Notes: generated from the letters alone by a model not told the origin. A DNA stretch of 64,000 nt from Octopus sinensis (GCF_006345805.1 NC_043014.1:20336001-20400000); one strand, 5' to 3'; positions 14,394 through 28,602 are shown, numbered from the stretch's first letter. Translations and numbers: made by a program.

Positions 14394-14879
14394 GTGTGTT
14401 CATCTAGAAGTGGGATGTAGTCGATAAAGTTCATCTCTGCAGTGTGCTGACACTTATTTTATCAATTCCAACTGTGATGAATGGTAATGTAGAGTTAAGG
14501 GGATACAAAACTCAATTTGACCGTCTAACGTATTTACCACAAATCTTGCCACAGTGAAATCAAATTAGGTACCTTTCGATCAAAGCTTTGACAGAATGGT
14601 CACCAACTGGAAAAGCTTAATGACCCAGTGACCCATTCTTCGAGAATGAGGCGGGATCATGCACAAGAACAGCAACCCACAGAATTCTTTATTGGTTTGA
14701 GCTTTGTGCAAAGTAATGGCTAAGAAAATTAAAAAAAAAACATAGTGACCTAAATACCTAATCTTCGACTGACAGACGCTGACTTAATTATTATTCTTTC
14801 CAATTAATTATGCGCCGATATTTATTTTATATTCCTCCATTTATGAAAAATCTAATAACTGATAATCATCCCCACGTCC

Positions 14880-14928
<49 letters not shown>

Positions 14929-15271
14929 TTCTCTTTATTCTTTCACCCTATTCTCCCCCTTACCTTTTACTTTTTCACCGTATTTTGACACAAACTTTCC
15001 CGCTCTGTTTCATCCCCTCCCCAAATACTCCGTCCACAACTAACAACTTACTAAATGTCAAAGTATTACGAATACTTTCTCGTTTATCTCTTTAGATATT
15101 GAGGTTTATTAGATTTATTTGGCCTGAAGTGTTAATTGGATAAACATCATATATAAAAGATAGCTAAAAAAAGCTACATAATGTATGTATGTACGTTTCA
15201 ATATATTTATACATGTATCTATGTATGTATTTATATATATATGTATGTGTGTATGTATGTATGCATACATG

Positions 15272-15562
<291 letters not shown>

Positions 15563-15710
15563 TGTAGTTATTATCAGGATAAACACAGACGGATATATTT
15601 CGATATTGACTGTATGGATAGATGCAGGGAGACATATTTACTAGCTATTCGGACATTACACCTTTTTTATTTTTACTACTGTCTGCAGATAGTCATTGAA
15701 CTGTATGTGC

Positions 15711-15763
<53 letters not shown>

Positions 15764-15950
15764 CGTGGGTGTGTGTGTGTGTGTGTGTGTGTGTGCCTGT
15801 GTGTGTGTGTGTTTCTTTATTCTATTATACTTTTACATGTTTCAGCCCTAAAGCTGCGGCCATGATGACGTATGTGTGTGTGTTTTGGACTGTGTGATCA
15901 GACATAGTAATTACATGGTAATGTGATAAGCAGATACCTTGTGCAGCTTT

Positions 15951-15998
<48 letters not shown>

Positions 15999-17267
15999 GA
16001 TATATTGTAGAGATATGGTGACTAGATAAACGAAAAGGCCATGTAGGTAGCTACTGAATAGATGCGGTGTGTACATGGTGACCAGAAATTCAGACGATGA
16101 AGACAGGATACTTACTGATAACAGAATGAAGATGCTGCCAATAGAAATAGATATATGTTGTGTAGATTGTGTAAATATTTTGGCTGAAAAAATGCACGTA
16201 TAAACAAAGTGTGTATATGTTAAGTGGATAAACGCACTTTAGATTTGAACTTTTTAAGTAGGCAGGGTTTGTAGACTGCGAATGCCTATAGAGTGGCATT
16301 GTGTTGAGAATTACAGTGCCTACGTGACCATTAACTGCATCTACATTTACGGTATTTGGATAACAACAGTACGGATATACAGAGTAGAGATAGTAACAGG
16401 ATAGACAGATAGGTATAGGTTATAGCGATAAAAACAGCAGGATAGAGGCTTTTGTGTGTGTATATGTGTGTGCGTACAGATGGGGAGTGGAGAGAGACAG
16501 GGAGAGAAAGAGAAAGACAGAGAGAGAGAGACAGATTTCAGAAACAGGTTCAATTAAAAAGCGAATATACATCTAGACAAATTGAAGTGAGAAAATATAG
16601 AGACAGCCATAACAGAAATACATAAATAAAACTCATAATAAAATATCGATTATTGTTATTATATACTGTATCAGACAAATGTATAATTCTGTTACATCGG
16701 TCTGAACCTGTACACAAATGATTTATAAAACTACTTTCAACAAATCTTTTAATTCGCTATTGGCATGTTCTCAACATAGCCATGAATTATTACGTTGTTG
16801 CATGTGAATCTAGAAACAGCACACAAACAGTTGCAAGGGGACTATCGAAAATTTCAAAGCTGATGAATTCTATTCGAGGTCAAACACTTTCAGTGTTAAT
16901 TACAAAATCGCCTTTGCCCTAAGTAGTTATTGCTCCCACAGCCAGTAGTGGTCTCAGAGAGCCATTTGACTGAATACTACAGAATAAAGAAAAGAATAGG
17001 AATATTTACAAAGAATAAATGAAATCTAGAATGCAGAATGTGAAAAAGCACAATGCCAGCAATTTTGACTGAAGAGGAAAGATGATTACATCGAATTCAG
17101 TGATCAACTGGTACCTATCTTATCGATCCTTAAAGTCGACCCGAGCGGAATTTGACCCTAAAACATACTGCTGAGAGAAATGTCGCTAAGCATTTAGTCC
17201 AATGCGCCAACGACCATGCCAGTTTGCCAGTCATTTAATAATGATAACAATAATAACCAAAAATAAC

Positions 17268-17591
17268 CATGGCTCAGTGGTTAGAGCATCGAACTTACGA
17301 TTGTGATGTTGTGAGCTCGAATCCTGGACCGGGCTGCGTGTTGTGTTCTTGAGCAAGACACTTTATTTCATATTACTCCAGTTCACTCAGCTATAGAATT
17401 AGTTGCGACGTCACAGGTGCCAAGCTGTATAGGCCGTTGCCTTTCCCTTGGATAACATTGGTGGCGTGGAGAGGGGAGACGGGTACGCATGGGCGACTGC
17501 TGGTCTTCCATAAACAACCTTTCCCGGACTTGTGCTTGGGAGAGTAACTTTCTAGGGACAATCCCATGGTCTGTGTCGTGAAGGGGGTCTC
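17268..17591 (+). mobile_element. SINE family D
   Basis: TGGCTCAGTGGTTAGAGC A-box-like and GAGCTCGAATCC B-box-like motifs; homologous to 59217-59540. Confidence 0.85.
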
Positions 17592-18344
17592 AGAATAACC
17601 AAACAGAGTATGCAGGTAGTTTTGTCATTTGATCGTGAATATCGGATCATCCCGTACATAATGCGGTTTTTTTATACTTTTTTTATCTTTCAAAACTAAA
17701 ATAAACAAAGTTCTTTTTTAATCTAAGGTATGCTGTCTTTCATTTTCTACAATGCTCTTCCGTCTATATATACATATATACACACGTAAACACACACATA
17801 AAGGCACACACTATATATATACATTATTAAAATGCTAAGGGAACAGAGATTTTTCACGTCCATAATTTTATTTAACATAATTTTATTCACAGCATGTTTA
17901 ATAGACCTTCGCCATTTTCAATTGCATCGACTGCACACTATTGGTTATGTAAACTAGCATCATGATCGGTGCAGTTTGATTTGGGTCCTTACCCTCGCCA
18001 TTTCGAAGTAAAACTGAAAGAATCAACAAACTGAATGAATAAAGGGTTTTGTGGGAGGTATGGGTGCCCCTATTGATAGTTGAAGGAATTTTGATCTTTC
18101 AGACGAGACCCATCAAGTTGCTAATTAATAAAATCGATATATTCTCTTTTAGATAAAGATAACGAATTTGGGAACCGCTGTAGATAACAAATCTCAACCA
18201 TGTCAATATTACCGATCTCAGAAGCCCTGAAAAATCCATGCGTACAGTCGTTTCCTTCTCCATGCCCAATCAATATATATAAAAACTTACATCTCTTTAT
18301 GATATTTACCGGTTGGTTATTTCTAGAAAATGAATGCTTGAAGC

Positions 18345-18720
18345 GAAGCTAATCTTTTTGTCTGTCTGTCTGTGTGTTTCCCTAAACCTTGAGAACTACA
18401 CAACCAATTTCATTCAAATTTTACACATGCCTTACATAGGGTCCGGGGAGTATCATCGGCAAAAGATTTTTTAACGCTTTGCCTAGGGTGAGCCCACAGC
18501 AATATCATATCTTCTCCACAATGATTCCCTAAAAGTTGAGAAATACACAACCAATTTCATTCACATTTTACACATGCCTTACTTAGGGTCCATGTAGATT
18601 CATATATTCTCCACTATTTCAGTATTACGTGTTAAAAGTGAAACAAAAACATCTCTCTTTTTTATATCAGATACTTTCACTTTAACAATAAAAATTAGAG
18701 ATAATAATAACAATTGAATT
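18345..18720 (+). mobile_element. Non-autonomous Helitron/DINE-like element with internal duplication
   Basis: (TCTG)n then AACTACACAACCAATTTCATTCAAATTTTACACATG core, repeated about 147 nt later; homologous to 56225-56503. Confidence 0.55.
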
Positions 18721-19358
18721 ATATATAGCAAGTAATAATTAAAATCAAACTAAAGTATAATATAATAATTAAATCGTAACATAACAATTAAAAGTAAAAA
18801 TAGCAATTGGTATAAAATTGCATCAATGACTTGAACTTGAATAAGTGGTTTCACATGAATGGGAATAATTAAATATAAAATAAAAGTGCAGAAATGGAAT
18901 AGTCCAGATGGAGCTGTGCACATACCCTTTACCACGGCTTTTACATTAGATTATCTGCTAATTAGCTAGCATCAAGTATCTATATGAAGTTTGGCTGTAT
19001 GTAATGTCTGTTTTCTCGAACAGCTGCTTCTACTAAATACTGCAGTTGGTTTATTTCTTATCCAAAAAGGACTATAACTTTAACTGAGTACTGCTTTTTG
19101 ATTCACCGTAAGTTTTGTTGTTATTATTATTACTGTTTAACTATTGTTATCACGTTTGTTGGTTCCTCGTAAGGGAAGCGTTGTTGTGTTTGCATTTGTT
19201 AAATAATTGTAAACCGTAACCCTTCCTCCTTGGGAGATGGAGCTTTGGTTATTGTTAAAAAATTGAATTGTGTCTCTGTTTGGGGAAATTGACAATATTT
19301 TCACCGTTTATACGGAAGAATTTTTGTTAAAATTTCTTCGATAGAAGAAAGTCCAAAA

Positions 19359-19886
19359 ATGAATTTCGCTGCAGCCGTCAGCGGGCGCGAACTTATTAAA
19401 TTTAAAATGGAAGAAGTACAAACCTATTTCGGATTTATCACCGACAAAGACGGTGAATCTAGGATAACACCACTAAACGAAATAAAAAATTAAATTAAAA
19501 AAAGGACTATTGTCTATAAAGTATACAATGTAGAGAAAAAAAGATTTGAACACCTGGAGGAAAGTACCATCGAAAAGCGTCTTGGTGCGACTATGAAAGA
19601 TATCAAGTATCTAACCAGAGGCGGTAAATTCGCCACTATAGATGCAAGGTTCGAGTCAACGGAGCGTGCAAGGGAGTACTCGAGTCGAACCTTGCAAAGG
19701 GGAAATATTTTATTTTTACCTTTATATCTGGGACGTAGGACGTCCCGGATAAAAGTTTAAAATGTCCCCCCAGAAGTAGAGGTAGGCTGGATTGTAGCCG
19801 CACTTCTATACAAGAGGGAGAACAAGATAGAATTGATCGAAATTGCTAGGGACGAGCCTACAATTCCAGTCTGTTATATATTTTGA
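19359..19886 (+). pseudogene. Decayed 176-codon frame, probably ORF1 of an L1/Tx1-like LINE
   Basis: MNFAAAVSGRELIKFKMEEVQ...KYLTRGGKFATIDARF...LFLPLYLGRRTSRIKV*NVPPEVEVGWIVAA; one frame with stops at 19491 and 19758. Family call is from memory only. Confidence 0.5.
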
Positions 19887-20015
19887 GTATTGTTATCACA
19901 AGCGATATCAAGATATAACTTTGTATTTTGTATTTTATGTGTAGATGTATATATATATATATGTACATGTAATATGTACACATATATATACACGTATATA
20001 CATGCACTAGCACAA

Positions 20016-20045
20016 TGAGCCGGCAACACCGGGTCATAATGCTAG
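20016..20045 (+). mobile_element. Helitron-like 3' terminus
   Basis: Hairpin TGAGCCGG-CAACA-CCGGGTCA, then CTAG followed by T. Confidence 0.55.
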
Positions 20046-20049
20046 TATT

Positions 20050-20093
<44 letters not shown>

Positions 20094-21129
20094 ATGTGGT
20101 TGGTTATCCATTAACCAGCCATAACAATGTCATGGCCTTTCAAAACAATAGATGACCAATTAGATTACGAGACTGGCCAAAAACTCCCTCCCCACTTCAC
20201 TCAGGATTTCAGCTACTCGATAAACAAAAACTAACGAAAAATAACAAAGTATATTGATTAAACCCGGAAATTTATGACTTGTAGTATCAACTAATATCGC
20301 AGGTATTAATATAAACTCTAACCCACTTATTGTGGAATTTTGTCTAAAGCCATCAATAGAAAGCATATCACATGTCTATATGAATATATATATGTGTGTT
20401 TGTGTATAATTGTTATAATCATATAAAAGGAGTAACACAAACTGCTGCAATAATACTCCCTTCTCAACAGATGTAATAATCTGATGGTTTATTCTTTTCT
20501 TTTGTAGAGTACAAATTTATTATTATTGACAGTGACTTCGAAGTTTCGGTCAGCTAACCCGTCGTCCAACTATAATACGTTAAAGACAAATTTCAAGAAG
20601 GATATGTCATTTTTTTCGTTTTCTTTCTTGGATTCATTCTAAAAAACAGAAATATTTATGGTGCCAACCGTACAACCACTGGTAATTGATAAACTACATC
20701 TTCACATTCGATTTGGCAAAGTTATTCGACTGGATAGCTTTATTTTACTTTGAAAATGAATCATGATCGAGTAATCATAACCCTAACGCACGATAACATA
20801 AAACAGTGTATGCAAACTTACATTAGATTACGAAGATGATTAATTTCTCTGTAACAGTAAACCGTCTGAGACCAATTGAAGTTGATGAAATTGCACGTGC
20901 GTACAAGACCACTTGCAAGAAGGAGAGTCTTCTTAATCAAGTTGCACTGTGAGTAAATAGTGTTTTAAAGCAGCATCCATTATCAGAGACCACTCACTTG
21001 AGACCAAAATTGCCAGCATAACGGCCGATACAGTGCGCTGTATACGCATGCGTGCACCCGCGAATGTGACTTTACCGTACATGTCTAGACAGGTATTGCC
21101 AAGCTACCGGCATTGTATATTCTAAGGCA

Positions 21130-21294
21130 ATGCACATGAGAATTGCGTATGCATACAAATAACCACTACGATTATTTTTTGGTGTAAAAAATTTCTAAAA
21201 TTGTTGGCGATGTGCCACTCTATTGCAGAAAAAAATTTCGATGCCTTCGCAGTCCCCCAAAATCGCTTCGCGGACCCCAGGTTGAGAACCACTG
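21130..21294. mobile_element. One end of a hAT-type MITE
   Basis: Terminus GGTTGAGAACCACTG; partner end not found, so the left boundary is approximate. Confidence 0.45.
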
Positions 21295-21838
21295 GGTATG
21301 TGGCTTTGATTGCAGTGGTAATTAGGTTGCAAGGTGGATTGTGATAGAGAGGAGTTTTGGAGAAATTTATATTGATTAAATTTGGGGTTATGTTATTGTT
21401 TAGTATACTCGTATAACTTTGTTTAAATGTGTCCGCTTCAGGTTATGTGATTTTCTTTTTATTTTAATTCACAAAAAAGGATATACGTAGGTAGAGGAAA
21501 TTTTGTGATCAGCCGATTAATTCCAGTAAAAAAAACAGCTGAAACTACTGGCGCTGATCAAAAATTTTCCTGTGTCTCCCTACATTATTTTGTGGCACAC
21601 TAAATTACCTATATGAGAGTATCTCTCAAGTCTGATAACGCAGTATTTGGTATTCTAACAATACATCCACGTTAAGTTGGATACGCAGATTACCTCTTGG
21701 AAGTAATATTGCTTCCGTAGTTAATAATTATTTTTTGATAAGCCTGCTGGCTATTTGCAATATCCATGTCTTTAAAAATGCTGATTTTCTATGTATCGTA
21801 GCAGCGGGATTTGACTGGCATGCAATCACCGGACGCTT

Positions 21839-21880
21839 CCCACTGATGATTTCCTGTAGAATGAAATCACGTGATATGGG
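21839..21880 (+). ncRNA. Minimal type I hammerhead motif, canonical core (family 1)
   Basis: CCCA-CTGATGA-TTTC/CTGTA/GAAT-GAAA-TCACGTGA-T-A-TGGG: stem I CCCA/TGGG, palindromic stem III ATCACGTGAT, AUA site; stem II weak with a U-U closing pair. Confidence 0.65.
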
Positions 21881-22482
21881 GTTTCTGTCGCCCATGACAA
21901 ACGATTCTCATCTGCTTTCATGCACCAAGCGCCTACATGAGCGGACCTCTTAAGGCTAATAATGCAGTGTTCTAGCAAGACACCTATGCTAAGTTGGATA
22001 TAAAGATTACCTTTTGATATGAATATCGTTTCTCTCGCTAATAATTAATTTTTAATATCAGGAAAAGCTAACTCTTGTATCTTTTTGTGCCGTTCTTCTG
22101 GTAAAAATAAATATTAAACTATTTGATAGAATTCTATATATGTTTTCTTGTATGAGGCTTTTCCTTGACCTGGACTTCTTCAGCTGTGCTCTTTGTGATT
22201 GAGGATTCGTATCTTTACCTCCCAAAGTAGGAACCTAATTTGAATGTTGCTGCTCACAATTCAAATCGAACTGGAGTCCGTTTACTTTACATTCTACTTT
22301 TTAGCACTGTTATAACATTGTCAAGTATTAACATTGATTATGAAGTTCGCTTTACACCACCATGGTTTCCAGTTGCGACACATTATGCAACATCTTCAAC
22401 AAGTGTCTTTTAGAATTGACTTGCACTGGTAAATTCTTTATGAATGAAATTTGTAGGAAGAAACTGTGCAGGATCTCATCGG

Positions 22483-22513
<31 letters not shown>

Positions 22514-22648
22514 TGTATGTATGTATATAACCTGAACATCGTAAATCGGCAAAATTAGTACACGCCTTGAAAATAAGTCCTGGGATCAACATGATCGACT
22601 ATAATCCCCACCAGTATAGCCGCAGTTCCTGACAATATACATACATTC

Positions 22649-22681
<33 letters not shown>

Positions 22682-22735
22682 CATACATACATACACGCAT
22701 ACATACATACATACATACATACATACATACATACA

Positions 22736-22770
<35 letters not shown>

Positions 22771-22856
22771 GTATGATTTAGGCAAACACTATGCAAATAT
22801 TCTTTTAAAACACTTTTCTTTTAATTTTTCCAAAATATAATTGTTTTCCATACTTA

Positions 22857-22892
22857 CAGCTGAAAAAGTCTTAATGATTGAAACCGGTACTG
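22857..22892 (+). ncRNA. Hammerhead-like motif (family 2), C3/A8 mismatch
   Basis: CAG-CTGAAAA-AGTC/TTAAT/GATT-GAAA-CCGGT-A-CTG, within a 22793-22939 repeat homologous to 54881-55760. Confidence 0.55.
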
Positions 22893-22934
22893 AAATGTTT
22901 TTTAGAAAAATATTTTAACATTTTCTCTCTTGAC

Positions 22935-22980
<46 letters not shown>

Positions 22981-23054
22981 TAAATATATATATATACACA
23001 TATATATATATAATATTAATTAGAGACATATATATATATACATTATATATATAT

Positions 23055-23122
<68 letters not shown>

Positions 23123-24151
23123 TGTATGTGTGTATACACACACGAACAAACTCTGGCAATGTAATCTGGGTCATCACTGAAAGTTATTGAAAAAGAAATA
23201 CGTGACCGACCAAAATAAATATCCATTTTGTATCATTTCAATTCAGTCTTCCTTATCAATTTTATCCAATAATTAAAAAAAAAAAAAGGAAGAAAAAAGA
23301 TAGAATTTTTCGTTAAGAATATTCTTTCCATATTTTCTTTTATTATAGTAAGTTATTTTTGACGTTCCTATCAAAGTGAAATATACTTTAAAAAAACATA
23401 TAACATATAATAATCAAGCCTTTTTTCATTACGTTTTATCTATTTACTTTCAGCTATATTTCAAAAGAACCTATTCCAAAGTTGGATATCTCATATAAGT
23501 TTAATTGGGTTTAAATTAGACATAAGTTGTTGGTCCATGTGCTATTCACTTGTTTATTTATTGATTTATTTATTTACTTATTTATTGTTATTGACTATAT
23601 ATGGGGGTAAAATTAAAATGGAATAAATTGATGCAATGTAGGGGGAAAAAGTAGAACGTTTCGGTTTCAGGCTTCTCTTTATTTCCTAAACTTTATTGAA
23701 CTACTTCTTTCATATTCATATATCAATGGCGTTAATACCTTTAATTCAGATTTTCATTTTTCTCACTCGATCAGTGTGATACAATGTGTACACAAATATC
23801 TGAAGAGTGAATAAACACCGTCGTTGTTTAAAGATTTATTTTTGGAAGCAAAATGAAGTCATTTGGTACATTTAAGTCGATCACACAGATAAAGGAGTAT
23901 AAAGCAGAATCAGTATTTACTTTTGACATGTCTGTGTACATAGCAAAGATATTAGGCTTTGAAAAATCCTCATTGATACTTGTACCTTTTGAAAAATATA
24001 ATTCAAGAATATTGATATGCACAATTACGAGTAATACAAGAAATAAGATCGATATATTAATTACCAGTGAAACACTGAAGTCGACGTAATCGACTAGTCC
24101 AATCCCACCAAAATTTCAAGCCTTGTTCTTCTAGTAGAAAGGATTATTATT

Positions 24152-24722
24152 ATTATTATTATTGAGTGAGAGAACAGTGCATGCCATCAAAGTTACACTG
24201 GGGTAAAATATACGAAGCCCAGTATACCCATCATGACTGCCCGTCTTATGAGGGTACACTAGGCACATGCATCACAACCATATGTGCGCGACATGGTGAT
24301 CTCATATAAAGATAAACAGCACATGACCTTGAAGGTGGGGCCAAGTTAGAATTTTCTTCTGGTCGAGTAACCCATCCCGCTCAAAAGTTACCTGGATAAC
24401 GGTTGTTTAAGGATGTTGAACGAACCACCCATGTTTCCAGAGGTGAATTATCCAAACCTCCAAGAATTCCTTTCAACACATGGCTATGATGCTCCCCCAC
24501 TAATTCTGCTCGTGGTCAGAGATGCACATATCGTCAGCCACTAAGGGACATGCTCAACTGATTAAGGTCAAACAACTGGCGAGCAAATCTGTGGTATTGA
24601 GCAGAATATTTGCTGTAACCCATCTTTTATACCAAGACAAAACAATGTACATGATAACACTTCCAATCAGTTAAGCTCAGAAGCCATGAGAGCCACTGTC
24701 TGGTATTGTATTAGGGCATTTA
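24152..24722 (-). mobile_element. Retroposon family E (about 570 nt), (AAT)n at its 3' end
   Basis: Partial copies at 7299-7425 and 27993-28165. Confidence 0.7.
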
Positions 24723-24730
24723 TTTATTAC

Positions 24731-24793
<63 letters not shown>

Positions 24794-25105
24794 AAATGCC
24801 TTAAAATGCGGTGAGCTGGCAGAATCGTTACCAACTCGGACGCAATCCTCAGCAGCACTGAGTTCGACTTTGCCTTGTATCTTTTCGGAATCGATAAAGT
24901 AAGGACCGGTTCAACACCGGCTTTGATGTAATCGCCTATCTCCGTTCCCTAAAATTTCAGGTTTTGTGCCTATAATAGAGAAAGGATTATTAAATGCCTT
25001 ACGACATTTCTCCCGATCCTATATGCGGTTAAATAAAATCTCACATGCTTTCGTTCTACTGCCGTTCTGGTGAAGTTATAAACCATTAGTAACAATGAGC
25101 ATTAA

Positions 25106-25312
25106 GGTGGCGTGCTGGCAGTATCGTTAGTAGGGTGAAGTGCTTAGCGGCATTTCGTCCGATTTTACGTTTTGAGTTCAAATTCCGCCAAGGTCGACTT
25201 TGCCTTTCATATTTCGGGGTCAATAAAGTAAGTATCAGTTGAACACTGGACTCGATATAACTGCCCCCGTCTCCAAAATTGCTGGCCTTGTGTCAAAATT
25301 TGAAAGCATTAT
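25106..25312 (+). mobile_element. SINE family B
   Basis: Family head and central domain present. Confidence 0.8.
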
Positions 25313-25470
25313 TAATAAGGATTACTTCTTTCAAATTTTCAGCGACACAACCTTCTAAGAACAATCTGTTTTGAGAAGCCAGTATCCGGGGAACTTCGAA
25401 ATAAGGAGTTACAATTGATAATTAATATGTGTGTGCATACATGTACACTCATATAAGTGTGAGCGTGTTC

Positions 25471-25577
<107 letters not shown>

Positions 25578-26093
25578 ATATATATATACATATATATACA
25601 CACATATATATACACATATATATATATGTATGTGCGTGCATGTATTTATTGTGCTTGTCTGCATGTGAGTATACATAAATACGATAAATACGTTCATACA
25701 TACGTGCACACATGCATAGGTGCACAAAAACACATCTAACTGCAACAACCTCTCTAATGAATCTTTTGAAAGTTTCTTTAAAATTTCTATTAAGAACAGA
25801 TAACTTCTTAAGTTAACAAAGAACATGCCGAAAGCCATGCCCGTCCCTACCACCGATGACACAATTAAACACACGAAAACCTCTCACCTTCTATTATTTT
25901 TTTTTTCTATTTGATGTTGGCTTAGTTCCTTGCGATCGATTCTTTAATTAGATCCCAGAACCTATTGATAAGAAATATAGTAATTGAATTTTTCATGTTT
26001 TATTTCCTTTATTTATTTTTTCTTTTGTTCGTAAATATTTTGCTAAATTTCACACGGACATACATATACACGGTCTCATATATATTAAGGTAC

Positions 26094-26124
<31 letters not shown>

Positions 26125-26904
26125 TGTATGTATGTATGTATGTATGTATGAATGTGTGTATGTATGTGTGTATGTGTGTATGTATGTATGTAAGTATGTG
26201 CATGTGTATGTATGTATATATACATGCATGTCTATACATATATACGTACATGAATAAGTATATTATGTATATGCATGTGTATATATATGTGCGTATATAT
26301 GTGTATACGTATGTTTTTGTATAGTATACATGTGTATACACGCATGTATATGTGTGTATATGTGTATATGTTTTTTTTTCTATTTTAGGTGGTCGTTGTG
26401 ATGATGATGGTCTACAAAGGATTAAAATTAAAACCAATTTTCTGATCTTTGAATCGCATCAAATTAAATTTAATGAGGAAATGAATATGAAGCGGTGGTG
26501 GAGATGCTCGTGTGTGAAAAAAAAAACTCATAATGATTATGATAAGGACGAAGGAGAGGAGATGGAGTAGGAGAAGTGGTAGGAGGACGTATTGGTGTTA
26601 GCGTGATATTGCTGAAACGGTAATGGTGGTTACATTTGGCAGTGTGCTAATGTAGTAGTGAGAGTGTAGTGGTCGTATTATGATAGTGACTATCGGATAT
26701 TAATGGAGATAGTGGCGATAGAGGTAGTTGTGTAACATTGGTAATAGTGTTGAAAGTGGACAGCAATACTAGAATGCATCATTGCAGTCACCTGTATAAT
26801 GGATCCGTTGCATTTCTGAAGCTTTTTGTGCAATAAGTGGAATACCGTAATGCGAACCCTATTTTCCACTAATTTTCACGTTACATGCAAACCAACGAAC
26901 AGGC

Positions 26905-27022
26905 ATCGGATACAGGCATCCAGCAACAGGACCTCCATAATGCATTAATGGACCGTGAAGTCTGGCGTGCCATAATAAATTCCATTGTCTCGACCACGGT
27001 CGAACAATGATGATGAATGAAC
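26905..27022 (+). mobile_element. 3' end of an RTE-clade LINE
   Basis: DTGIQQQDLHNALMDREVWRAIINSIVSTTVEQ* followed by a short TGA repeat tail. Confidence 0.65.
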
Positions 27023-27924
27023 ATGGAATTGAATGGGTAAATACGTTTGGTTGTACCGAATTCCACGTGACAACAAAATTTCCAGAAAGAGGCCAATTCC
27101 GTAACGCCATTATGGAGATTTCTGCTTCCCATCGTCAGCATTTTTTTTTTTTTAAGTTCACAAATTTTTAGGGCTACTTTACTTGATTTTAAAAACCTTA
27201 GTACAGAAAACGGAAATAAAAGTCAGATTTAATCTCTGCAATAATTTGAATTCCGAACGTAAATCAAAACATACTGTTGTCGTTATAACGAACCCTCATT
27301 TGCCGTGAGAAGAGTAGTGGATTGGCGGAATCCATGCCACCACCCTCCGTGTCGCCAATGCAAACGATGCAATATCACAACTGGTAATATATTTTATCGA
27401 ACTCACTAAGAATATCTCTTAAGTGTACTTCAGCAAGATTTCAACAAGGGTCGTAAAGCGTTTTTACTCATTGCCACCAATCACTTAATCCGTTCTTTCT
27501 CATTTCTAATGTTCTCAAAACTTTTCAAAAGTTGCGGTAGATACCTTCCTATCCACTCAACTGCTCAGTTGCAATTTTTCTAACCACGAAATGATAAAAG
27601 ACAAAGTCTGCCTTACTAGAATTTTAATTCAAACCTCAAATGCTCGTAAACGCCGTAAAGCATTTTGTTCTTTGAATTTCCGTTTCTTTCATCCATGTAC
27701 TTTTATCATCTTAATTATATTAAAGTAGCCAGATATGTGGAAAGCTAACGCTTTATAAATTTTCTTATATCTCTTTTGATGTATGGATTCATAGATCTTC
27801 AATTATTATATGAAATATTTCGACTGAAGTTTCAACTTTATTCTGTATTTAAGGTTGTTTGAAGACAATACTCGAATATAAAAAGGTTATGCCAAGCTTA
27901 ATAGTAATAATAATAATAATAATA

Positions 27925-27974
<50 letters not shown>

Positions 27975-27992
27975 GATGATGATAATAAACCT

Positions 27993-28165
27993 ACAAGTTC
28001 ATGCGCTGTTTATCTTGATATAAGGTCACCATATTGAGTATATATTGTTGTGATGCATGTGCCTCGTGTACCCTTTTCCGACGGGTAGTCATGAAGGGTA
28101 TGTTGGGCTTTGTATATTTGGACGCCAGTGTCACTTTGATGGCATGCATTTTTCTCTCACCCAAC
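27993..28165 (+). mobile_element. 3' fragment of retroposon family E
   Basis: Reverse-complement match to about 24152-24330; ends in (AAC/AAT)n. Confidence 0.7.
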
Positions 28166-28224
28166 AACAATAATAATAACAACAACAACAATAATAATAA
28201 TAGTAATAATAATAATAGTTCTTT

Positions 28225-28425
28225 CTAATTTCCTGGCACAAGGACAGCAATATTGAGGGAAGGAGGAAGATAGTGACATCGAATCCAGTGCTCAACTGGT
28301 AATTCTTTTATCCACTCCGAAAGGATGAAGGGCAAAATCGACTTCAGCGGGGTTTGAACTCAAAAACATACAACCGAAAGAACTATCTCTAAGTTCGACG
28401 TGCCAACGATCCTGCCAGCTTGCCA
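28225..28425 (-). mobile_element. SINE family B
   Basis: Family central domain and head present. Confidence 0.75.
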
Positions 28426-28538
28426 CCCATTTGAAGATAATGATAATCATGATGATGCTCATGATGATGATAATGATGATGATAATGATGATAATAATGA
28501 TGATGATGATCATCATCATCATCATCGTCATTATCATG

Positions 28539-28592
<54 letters not shown>

Positions 28593-28602
28593 TAGCATGC
28601 CT

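Noticed and set aside
23828-24089. Overlapping 64-aa and 78-aa ORFs
   Set aside because: AT-rich, weak splice signals and no recognisable motif.
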